A DNA stretch of 57,492 nucleotides, from the IMG/VR virus record IMGVR_UViG_3300045988_172985, positions 1-57,492 of that record; one strand, given 5' to 3'. Source of the stretch: a virus. Each line of letters starts with the position of its first letter. Position 1 is the first letter of the stretch. This document shows, piece after piece, positions 16,095 through 23,226 of the stretch. Both the position numbers and the translations under genes were made by a program. The notes under the pieces were generated by a model, which saw only the letters and a list, made by a program, of their open reading frames with translations, did no database searches and was not told the DNA's origin.

Positions 16095-16517
16095 ATGAAA
16101 AACAGTTATTTTATAAGTGCATTAGATAATTATATCAATGCAAAAGCAAACAAAAAAGAGTGCTACTATATGAATACAAACATAGTTAATTATAGGACAT
16201 TAACAGACTTTATATTTACAGACATGATATTATGTAACAATATTGTTAACTATAGCGACAATTGGGACTTAGAATTAGGCGACGATTACGACGAAGAAAG
16301 TCAAGAAAATATTGAAGTTTATCAATATTACATTGTTGACTTTGATAATTGGCGACTTGAAAAATACAAGGAATATCTAGAAGAAACAAAAAAAGAAAGT
16401 AATTTACTTTTGTGGTATGACTATGAATTAGATATTTATATATTAGGCATTTCTCATTATGGCACTAGCTGGGACTATGTACCTACTGAAATAGAAATAA
16501 AACAAGACGAGGAATAA
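16095..16517 (+). CDS. hypothetical acidic protein (140 aa)
   Basis: Start moved to the ATG at 16095, behind a purine-rich RBS. Confidence 0.45.
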   Translation: MKNSYFISALDNYINAKANKKECYYMNTNIVNYRTLTDFIFTDMILCNNIVNYSDNWDLELGDDYDEESQENIEVYQYYIVDFDNWRLEKYKEYLEETKKESNLLLWYDYELDIYILGISHYGTSWDYVPTEIEIKQDEE

Positions 16518-16522
16518 ACACG

Positions 16523-16738
16523 ATGTATACAATCAACATATACAAGTTCACACTTTTAAAAGTCGGCAAGAGAAAAAAGAAATATTTTGAATTACTAGAA
16601 AGCTATAAGCACATTGATGCTAAAGAAGTAAGTAAAAAAGATATAGAATTAAGAAAAATATACAATGATTGGAATATCTATTCCGATATCGTAGACGAGA
16701 CAACAAAAAATGAAATGATAAAGAAAGGGATGAGCTAA
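16523..16738 (+). CDS. hypothetical protein (71 aa)
   Basis: Operon ORF. Confidence 0.4.
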   Translation: MYTINIYKFTLLKVGKRKKKYFELLESYKHIDAKEVSKKDIELRKIYNDWNIYSDIVDETTKNEMIKKGMS

Positions 16739-16739
16739 A

Positions 16740-16868
16740 ATGATAAAATTGTTTATCAATATTACTAAATTATTAATAGTTTTACCTATGCGTCTAGCAC
16801 TTTATTTATTAAAGGTAGTATTCTTGCTACCTTTAGTAATTATAAGAAGTTTAGGGGGCGGTAAGTAA
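16740..16868 (+). CDS. small hydrophobic membrane peptide (42 aa)
   Basis: Hand-translated MIKLFINITKLLIVLPMRLALYLLKVVFLLPLVIIRSLGGGK. TAATG overlap with the next gene. Confidence 0.35.
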   Translation: MIKLFINITKLLIVLPMRLALYLLKVVFLLPLVIIRSLGGGK

Positions 16869-17092
16869 TGGACGATAAAAAAATAAAAAAGCTATATGAT
16901 AGAATAAAAAGAGGGGAAAACATTAAGGAAATAGAGGGGAAACGCGTACAAGTGTACGCTTACACCTATATTTATTTACATAAAAGATATACAAAAGAAA
17001 TGATTAAATGCCTAAGTATATGGTCTACTATACCGATAACGGAACAAAAGGAAATTGAAAAATTAATAATAGAGGTGGTTAAAAATGTATAA
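16868..17092 (+). CDS. hypothetical protein (74 aa)
   Basis: Operon ORF with a GGGGGCGG RBS-like tract. Confidence 0.4.
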   Translation: MDDKKIKKLYDRIKRGENIKEIEGKRVQVYAYTYIYLHKRYTKEMIKCLSIWSTIPITEQKEIEKLIIEVVKNV

Positions 17093-17363
17093 TTTTAATG
17101 AAATATTGGAATATAATAACAAAAAGTTAAAAAGGATAAATGCTAGAAAGGTAAATAATTTATTAAAACAAAAAAATGATATTATAATTTACTGTCTACC
17201 AAATAAGCTAAACTATAAAAATGCTTTTATTAATGGTTTCTTTGAGGTTGAAAAAAACAAATATAACGACTATTACGATTGTATTAATTCAATAAATGAA
17301 ATTAAATATTATAATTTATCTGATGAGTGTGGTAACAATCTTGTTTACTACATAGCAATATAA
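17085..17363 (+). CDS. hypothetical protein (92 aa)
   Basis: Operon ORF with a GAGGTGG RBS. Confidence 0.4.
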   Translation: MYNFNEILEYNNKKLKRINARKVNNLLKQKNDIIIYCLPNKLNYKNAFINGFFEVEKNKYNDYYDCINSINEIKYYNLSDECGNNLVYYIAI

Positions 17364-17370
17364 AAATATA

Positions 17371-17427
17371 AAGGTATAAAAAATAAATATACCTTTTTTG
17401 TCGTGGCACTTAAAAGGTGCCTTTTTT
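17371..17427 (+). terminator. two tandem intrinsic terminators
   Basis: AAGGTATA-loop-TATACCTT plus a T-run, followed by GGCACT-loop-GGTGCC plus a T-run. Confidence 0.7.
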
Positions 17428-17784
17428 AATACCTTTTTAGCTACTTTTTTACTAAATGCGTTTTAAAGGCGTTTATTTGCGTTTTAAGAGACTTTTTTAT
17501 TTTATGGTATAATTACACTATTTTAGTTTTAACCGCTTACTATGAGTAAAAAATTAAGGGATAACGACCGGTTGGAAGTGTGGCTGAAGAGTGCGTAAAC
17601 TTCTTCAAATATTTTTGATTAAAAAATGTTTTGGTTTTTGAAATGCCTAAAGTGGAACGGGGGTTTATAGTAAAATATTTTAATTTTTCTTCCAATAACT
17701 CGAACATTTTTTGAAAAAATTGATTTTAAAAAAGGCGAACATTTGTATAAATATATAGCGAACAAGTGTATGCTTTTTTAGGTA

Positions 17785-17811
17785 CAAAAAAAGTGTAATT
17801 TTGTTACACTT
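17785..17811 (-). terminator. intrinsic terminator of the TerS-like gene
   Basis: Minus-strand AAGTGTAA-loop-TTACACTT followed by TTTTTTTG. Confidence 0.65.
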
Positions 17812-17820
17812 GGTTGACAT

Positions 17821-18663
17821 TTATTTGTCTTGTTCTAGTGTCAACTGCTCCTCGATCATCTGTATGCTATCACTCTCGTGAACCCTTGAATTTAAAGGGG
17901 TTAAGCTTACCCTAAGATTAGAGCTATCAGACATGGAAAACCAGTTCTTGCTAAGGAAAGTATATAGATTTGAGCTGATTGTACCGTCTATTGCACCTAG
18001 TAAAGTTACATCGTGAGCTATCTCATAAAAGTTACAAACAAATGTATGACTTTTACAGTTTTCATCTTGTTTACTCTTATTAAGTCTAGTACTATCAACA
18101 CCACTATAAGCACAAAGACCACTAATAGTAGGTACTTGCTTAGTATTCTTACATAACATGGTATAGTCAATAATATCTTCAATAAGCTCATCTTCACTAA
18201 CTGTTTGCTTTTTAGATAAACAATTCTGAATAAACCTACCATACATATTATCCAAATAGCTACTAACATTACTATCACTAAATAACTTACCTACCTTAGA
18301 GACTGCATACTGTTTTGACTGATTACTCTGTAGTCTATCAATCGTACTAGCTAGGCGATCTTCCTTACTAGTGTTGTATCTAGCCGTCTTTCTATTACTA
18401 GAATTTTCTGAATACTCAACACTTTTACATAACTCTTCTTCTAATCTTCCACTATCTCTAAATATATCTATAATCTTCTTTTTATCTTCTTCTTTTTTCT
18501 CATCACTATCATTTGCAACATCAATATTTAACTTTTTTAATTCTTCATCTAATAATTTAACATCATAAATTTTTTTATCAATACATAACTTTTTTAATTC
18601 TTCATCATTTAATTTTTTAATATCATCTAAAGTTTTAACATCTTCCCTTTTTAATTCTTGCAT
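17821..18663 (-). CDS. terminase small subunit-like protein (280 aa), monocistronic
   Basis: The C-terminal half (VPTISGLCAYSGVDSTRLNK ... LLGAIDGTISSNLYTFLSKNWFSMSD) follows the Terminase_2-type TerS pattern by eye. The gene has its own promoter and terminator. Confidence 0.5.
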   Translation of the reverse strand: MQELKREDVKTLDDIKKLNDEELKKLCIDKKIYDVKLLDEELKKLNIDVANDSDEKKEEDKKKIIDIFRDSGRLEEELCKSVEYSENSSNRKTARYNTSKEDRLASTIDRLQSNQSKQYAVSKVGKLFSDSNVSSYLDNMYGRFIQNCLSKKQTVSEDELIEDIIDYTMLCKNTKQVPTISGLCAYSGVDSTRLNKSKQDENCKSHTFVCNFYEIAHDVTLLGAIDGTISSNLYTFLSKNWFSMSDSSNLRVSLTPLNSRVHESDSIQMIEEQLTLEQDK

Positions 18664-18685
18664 ATTAGTATCACCACATAAATAA

Positions 18686-18714
18686 AGTATATCATACTTT
18701 TTAAATTATGTCAA
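18686..18714 (-). promoter_or_regulatory. promoter of the TerS-like gene
   Basis: -35 TTGACA (18714-18709), 17-nt spacer, -10 TATACT (18691-18686). Confidence 0.6.
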
Positions 18715-18768
18715 CATAATATACAACCATGTATATCATTATCTTTAAAAATAATGCCTAAAATCTTT

Positions 18769-19104
18769 GGTTACACTTATAAAATAAGGCTTTACAAGAT
18801 TTGTAACCTAACAAAATAGCTTTGGTTACAATTTTGGTTACTTTCTAAACCCTTATAAAATAAGCCTTTATCTTATTCTCTTTCTTTTTGTAACCTAGTA
18901 ACCAAGTATATAAAATCAGAAAAAGTATATAGTACAATATAATGACAAGTATAATAATAAAAAAATAAGTGTATTTTTATGTATGTATAATTTTCCGCCT
19001 ATATAGGAAATTTAAATTTTTGGTTACAACTGGCATAAACCCTTATAAATAAAGGGTAACCAAGAGGTTACCAAGTGGTGTAACTTGTAACCAAAATAGT
19101 TACA
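18769..19104. repeat. at least 10 copies of a TTGGTTACA-type motif in both orientations, plus three CTTATAAA(A)TAAG palindromes
   Basis: GGTTAC at 18769, 18824, 18835, 19022 and 19067. GTAACC at 18803, 18890, 18898, 19057 and 19087. Degenerate copies at 19080 and 19099. Confidence 0.8.
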
Positions 19105-19115
19105 AAGTGGGTTAA

Positions 19116-19145
19116 TATTGAATAATATTGAATAGTATTGAATAA
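19116..19145. repeat. three tandem 10-bp repeats TATTGAATAR
   Basis: tattgaataa / tattgaatag / tattgaataa. They end about 22 bp upstream of the -35 at 19168. Confidence 0.85.
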
Positions 19146-19167
19146 TTATAAAAACGATGCCATTTTT

Positions 19168-19196
19168 TTGACATGCCGTTATTTCGTACATATTAT
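19168..19196 (+). promoter_or_regulatory. rightward early promoter P1
   Basis: -35 TTGACA, 17-nt spacer, -10 TATTAT. Confidence 0.6.
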
Positions 19197-19260
19197 GACT
19201 TTTTTTGAATAATATTATTAAAAAAACAAAGACAATTTTTTGACATGTTATTAAAAAATC

Positions 19261-19289
19261 TTGACATGATATTGTCATTGTGATATTAT
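19261..19289 (+). promoter_or_regulatory. rightward early promoter P2
   Basis: -35 TTGACA, 17-nt spacer, -10 TATTAT. Confidence 0.6.
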
Positions 19290-19313
19290 ATTTTACGAAA
19301 GGATAGATGTGTC

Positions 19314-19640
19314 ATGCCATTTATTATGATAGGAAAAGAAAAATATGAGATTGATTATGTATTATATAGCAATGATATGCGACTTATACTTTTTAAATAT
19401 AATTCAAGAAAAAGATTAAAAAAAGAATTAAGAAGTGTGTTTAATACAAATAGTTTTGTTGTTTTAGAAAAACGGCTTGATAAGTATAATTTAAAATTAG
19501 AATTAGTTATGAAAACAAGAGCATTTGATTATTATGAGATAAAAACGAAAAATATTTATGGTGGTCGTGTTAAAACTAATAATAATGACGGTATGAAAAT
19601 TAAGTTTAATTTAAGTAGTGTGAAAGGAAACGAAGAATAA
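19314..19640 (+). CDS. hypothetical protein (108 aa)
   Basis: First ORF after P1/P2. Confidence 0.45.
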   Translation: MPFIMIGKEKYEIDYVLYSNDMRLILFKYNSRKRLKKELRSVFNTNSFVVLEKRLDKYNLKLELVMKTRAFDYYEIKTKNIYGGRVKTNNNDGMKIKFNLSSVKGNEE

Positions 19641-20038
19641 TGACAAAAATAAATAGGAATATTAATTATCCCGAAATTGATGAGGGTATGGTTATTAAAT
19701 TTGATTTTATTAATATGGATAATGAAGACAATTTTAGACTTTATTATGTTACAACACCTTTTAATGGTTTTTTACCTATGCTTAGACCTATTATTATGGG
19801 GCTTGATAGTTATAATAAAACGCTTGAAGACATCAATAAAGAATTAGCAGAGATTAAGACAACTTGTTTTTTAATGGAAGTACATGAAACTTATAATTAT
19901 TATGAGATATATGCAAATAGTAGAATTACGAAAGAAGTTATCAAAAGAGCAATTGCTCCAAAAATAGATTTTACTAGTATTAGTGTTGGAACTTATCAAA
20001 AGAGCAATCGCCCTGAAAATAAATTTTATGAGTATTAA
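19640..20038 (+). CDS. hypothetical protein (132 aa)
   Basis: TAATG-coupled ORF. Confidence 0.45.
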   Translation: MTKINRNINYPEIDEGMVIKFDFINMDNEDNFRLYYVTTPFNGFLPMLRPIIMGLDSYNKTLEDINKELAEIKTTCFLMEVHETYNYYEIYANSRITKEVIKRAIAPKIDFTSISVGTYQKSNRPENKFYEY

Positions 20039-20047
20039 TATTAAATA

Positions 20048-20075
20048 AAGTATATAAAAATATATACTTTTTTTT
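20048..20075 (+). terminator. intrinsic terminator
   Basis: AAGTATATA-aaaa-TATATACTT followed by a T-run. Confidence 0.65.
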
Positions 20076-20160
20076 CATACTTTTTTCTCTTTAATTCATA
20101 ATAAAATCAACGCTTTTTTGACTTTTATTGAATTTTTTTACAATAATTTTAAAAAAAGTG

Positions 20161-20189
20161 TTGACTTTTTTAACAATAGGTGGTATTAT
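20161..20189 (+). promoter_or_regulatory. promoter of the small-acidic-protein array
   Basis: -35 TTGACT, 17-nt spacer ending TGG, -10 TATTAT. Confidence 0.65.
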
Positions 20190-20221
20190 TGAATTACCGA
20201 AAGGGAAGAAAGGATGATTTT

Positions 20222-20452
20222 ATGAAAGATATTTATGTTGATATCAGAAATGATTATGTTATGCAAGAGGTATTTAAAGGAAAAGACTTCGTGTCAATTG
20301 AAGATTTACTTGATACCATTGATAGCTTAATGGGGGATCTTGATGAAAAAAATAAGAAGATTAAAGAATTATCAGAATTTAAAGATAATATGTGTAATAA
20401 AATAGAAGATAACCCATATAGTTATTACGGTGTTAATGAAAATGATTTTTAA
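20222..20452 (+). CDS. small acidic protein (76 aa)
   Basis: Start trimmed to the ATG at 20222; Asp/Glu-rich. Confidence 0.45.
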   Translation: MKDIYVDIRNDYVMQEVFKGKDFVSIEDLLDTIDSLMGDLDEKNKKIKELSEFKDNMCNKIEDNPYSYYGVNENDF

Positions 20453-20493
20453 TGAAATATGAAAGTATAAAAGAAAGTGAGGAAGATTAGATT

Positions 20494-20754
20494 ATGAAGT
20501 ATAAAATATTAGATACTGAAAAAATAGTAGATGAGACATATTTGAGAAAATTATTGTTTGATTACGAATTAGAGGATATTGTAGATAATAAAGATAATTT
20601 TTTCAAAGGCATATATGACATCAAAAGTCAATGTAATATGCTGAAAATAGCACAAGAGGGAGAATTTGATGTTGTATTATATTATTTATCTACTAATTGG
20701 GGTGTAGATGTAGATTGGGTTATAGATATAGAAGAAGTTAAGGAGAGTGAATAA
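20494..20754 (+). CDS. small acidic protein (86 aa)
   Basis: Ends ..KESE inside the conserved junction AAGGAGAGTGAATAA. Confidence 0.45.
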   Translation: MKYKILDTEKIVDETYLRKLLFDYELEDIVDNKDNFFKGIYDIKSQCNMLKIAQEGEFDVVLYYLSTNWGVDVDWVIDIEEVKESE

Positions 20755-20756
20755 TT

Positions 20757-20975
20757 ATGGTTAATAAGATTATTTTAAGAGATAGTTGTGATAGTCAATA
20801 TGATGATTTAATTACTTTTGATAAAGATGTATCGCTTGATGACATTGAAAGAGTAATTGAAGAAGTTAAAAATAGTAATGAGGACTATACAAATGAAGAT
20901 ATCTATAAAGAATTGAAGAAGTTATCATCATTTGAAATTGAGTGGATAGGAGACTACGATATTGTTGAATATTAG
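20757..20975 (+). CDS. small acidic protein (72 aa)
   Basis: Asp/Glu-rich; array member. Confidence 0.45.
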   Translation: MVNKIILRDSCDSQYDDLITFDKDVSLDDIERVIEEVKNSNEDYTNEDIYKELKKLSSFEIEWIGDYDIVEY

Positions 20976-20993
20976 AAAAGGAAGTGAATAGTT

Positions 20994-21239
20994 ATGATGA
21001 ATAATAGTTTGTATGATAATGGAGATTGTTTATTAGGACAAGTAAGTGTAATAAAAAAATATATTCATGATGAGTTTAAAGATAGTGAAGATTACGAAGA
21101 TTTATTAAAAGAATTAAATAACTATGATGAGGATAGTATAGTGGTTATCAATTATGATAACATGGGGTATTTGGGTTATAGCATAGATGAGTTTACTAGA
21201 AGTGATATTATTTATATTGAAAGTAAGGAGAGTGATTAA
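20994..21239 (+). CDS. small acidic protein (81 aa)
   Basis: Ends ..KESD inside the conserved junction. Confidence 0.45.
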   Translation: MMNNSLYDNGDCLLGQVSVIKKYIHDEFKDSEDYEDLLKELNNYDEDSIVVINYDNMGYLGYSIDEFTRSDIIYIESKESD

Positions 21240-21240
21240 G

Positions 21241-21459
21241 ATGTTAAATGATATATTAAATAAATATTTTGATTTAAAAGAAAATCATAATAAAAGAGAA
21301 TATTATAATAGTTATAGTAAACTTGTTGATTTAATTTATGATTTAGGAGATTTAGGAATATTCTATAGTAGTGGAGATAGTAATATCTTCGTTGATAAAT
21401 TAGATGATATAAGAGATGATTTAGAAGAAAAAGCAATAAGGAAATGGGAGAGTGAATAG
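21241..21459 (+). CDS. small acidic protein (72 aa)
   Basis: Start trimmed to 21241; ends ..WESE inside the junction. Confidence 0.45.
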   Translation: MLNDILNKYFDLKENHNKREYYNSYSKLVDLIYDLGDLGIFYSSGDSNIFVDKLDDIRDDLEEKAIRKWESE

Positions 21460-21460
21460 T

Positions 21461-21685
21461 ATGAAAAAAGAAGTATTAAATATTATGGAAGAATTAGAGA
21501 GGTTAAGTAGCAAAGATTATAGGACTTTTGAATTAGCACTTGCATTGTTCTTGAGAAGTGATAGAGATGTAGTAAAATCATTATCAAATAGAGAATTAAA
21601 AAAATTAGATAATACAATTTATTATAGTGATTACTTTATGAGTGATGATTTAAGAGATTATGTTGATAGTGTTGTGGAGGGATAG
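21461..21685 (+). CDS. small protein (74 aa)
   Basis: Start trimmed to 21461. Confidence 0.45.
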   Translation: MKKEVLNIMEELERLSSKDYRTFELALALFLRSDRDVVKSLSNRELKKLDNTIYYSDYFMSDDLRDYVDSVVEG

Positions 21686-21687
21686 TA

Positions 21688-21906
21688 ATGTTTAAAAAAG
21701 GTTTAGAGGAAGAATTTAATGATTGGCTTGATAATACCGAGTTTAACAGTGAAGTATTTGATAAAGTTAATGATTTAACTGATGTAGACAAAAATTATAT
21801 TATAGACAATATATTAGATGACGCAGAGTTAACACAAGAGATGTTTAATTGTTTTGAGTGGTATTTGAATAATTACCTAGATATACATAAAAAGGAGAGT
21901 GATTAA
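21688..21906 (+). CDS. small acidic protein (72 aa)
   Basis: Ends ..KESD inside the junction. Confidence 0.45.
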   Translation: MFKKGLEEEFNDWLDNTEFNSEVFDKVNDLTDVDKNYIIDNILDDAELTQEMFNCFEWYLNNYLDIHKKESD

Positions 21907-21907
21907 A

Positions 21908-22036
21908 ATGATTAAAACATTATATAATGAAATAAATTATGGAGATATGGTAGAATTATTTTATGATACTAACAATAAAAAGTATATCTTGATTATAAAT
22001 AATAAAAAACTAATATTGGATAATAAAGGAGAGTGA
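21908..22036 (+). CDS. mini-protein (42 aa)
   Basis: Hand-translated MIKTLYNEINYGDMVELFYDTNNKKYILIINNKKLILDNKGE. It ends inside the conserved junction. Confidence 0.35.
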   Translation: MIKTLYNEINYGDMVELFYDTNNKKYILIINNKKLILDNKGE

Positions 22037-22041
22037 TTAGT

Positions 22042-22383
22042 ATGGAAAAGAAATATATTCATTATAAAAAAGTAGAGGGTAATTTTGGTATAGAAATAGA
22101 TGAGAGTGTAGCTAAAAAATATATAAAATTAAAAAAAGAAATAGCACGCCTTGAAAAAGAGCTTGCTCCTATTGAAAATAAATTAAAAGAAGATAGTATA
22201 GATGTGTTATCAAAATTAGAAGAGAAGAAGTTTACTTCAAATGATATTAATATTACTTATATAAAACCATATATCAAAAATAGCTTTGATACAACTAGAT
22301 TTAAAAGTGAAAAACCTACTCTATACAAGAAATATATAAAAGAAACAAATGTAAAAGCAAGTGTTAAAATTGAGGTGGTATAA
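22042..22383 (+). CDS. hypothetical coiled-coil protein (113 aa)
   Basis: ATG at 22042 follows the conserved junction RBS. Confidence 0.45.
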   Translation: MEKKYIHYKKVEGNFGIEIDESVAKKYIKLKKEIARLEKELAPIENKLKEDSIDVLSKLEEKKFTSNDINITYIKPYIKNSFDTTRFKSEKPTLYKKYIKETNVKASVKIEVV

Positions 22384-22384
22384 A

Positions 22385-22783
22385 GTGGGAATAGCAAATA
22401 TAGAACAAATGATAAAAAAATGTGGGAATAACCCTAGAGTTTTTAAAAATGATGGATCACTTACGAAACAAGGAGAAAAAACTCTAGAGCAGATGAAAGA
22501 AGTATTTTCAATGTTTACTAGTGAGAGTGGTTTATTATCAGATGAGTATAAAAACAATGTTTTTTCTCGCATTGATAACATAATTAATAATAATAAGATA
22601 GATACATCTTTAAATGGATCATTACATACAACCATAACAGACAAAGATAAAGAGAAAATATATTCCCTTTATAGGGAAAAAGGTGTAACACAACAATCTC
22701 TTGCAAATGCTTATATGGTAAGTCAACAAAGAATAGCGTACATTATAAAAGAAATGAAAGAAAAGAATGGTAAAAAAAGTTAA
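22385..22783 (+). CDS. putative DNA-binding protein, C-terminal HTH (about 132 aa)
   Basis: GVTQQSLANAYMVSQQRIAYIIKE is HTH-like. Probable GTG start behind GAGGTGG. Confidence 0.4.
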   Translation: MGIANIEQMIKKCGNNPRVFKNDGSLTKQGEKTLEQMKEVFSMFTSESGLLSDEYKNNVFSRIDNIINNNKIDTSLNGSLHTTITDKDKEKIYSLYREKGVTQQSLANAYMVSQQRIAYIIKEMKEKNGKKS

Positions 22784-22817
22784 AATGTGATACAATAATT
22801 ATAATGAGGTGGATAAG

Positions 22818-23030
22818 ATGACAAAAAAAGAAGCGAGTAATTTTTATGATAAACTATCAGATCGTGAAAGAGATTTTATGTTTAAATTGATGTTATCATA
22901 CGAAAAATTAGAAAAAGATAATAAAAACTTGCAAGGTAGAATAGAAAACCTAGAGAAAACACTTGAAAGAAAAGAACAAATTATAATTGAATTACGACTA
23001 GAATTAGCAGAAGAGGGTAAAAATGCTTGA
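22818..23030 (+). CDS. hypothetical coiled-coil protein (70 aa)
   Basis: ATG follows a GAGGTGG RBS. Confidence 0.4.
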   Translation: MTKKEASNFYDKLSDRERDFMFKLMLSYEKLEKDNKNLQGRIENLEKTLERKEQIIIELRLELAEEGKNA

Positions 23031-23226
23031 TAAATCAATTGAATATGGTAAAGAAAAGAGAAAAGTATATAGAGGTGCAAAAGCTGTTGATAAGTGCTGT
23101 AGAAATCACGGTAGTTGTAAATGGTGCTTAGAAAACCGACTTTATAGTAGTAGAAAGAGGAAGATGATGTATGAAAATAATGATATCAAATGTAATTGTA
23201 ATAAAAAATCCGACAAAAGAAATTAA
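23023..23226 (+). CDS. small Cys/His-rich basic protein (67 aa)
   Basis: CCRNHGSCKWC motif. It overlaps the helicase start by 56 nt. Confidence 0.35.
   Translation: MLDKSIEYGKEKRKVYRGAKAVDKCCRNHGSCKWCLENRLYSSRKRKMMYENNDIKCNCNKKSDKRN

Noticed and set aside
15865-16129. Overlapping 68-69-aa ORFs on both strands across the GC-rich element and promoter
   Set aside because: They have no RBS, they overlap the mapped promoter elements, and they are created by the local GC-rich tract.
19024-19278. An 84-aa minus-strand ORF in the GGTTAC repeat region
   Set aside because: It has no RBS, spans the early promoters P1 and P2 and the repeat array, and has no codon-usage support by eye.
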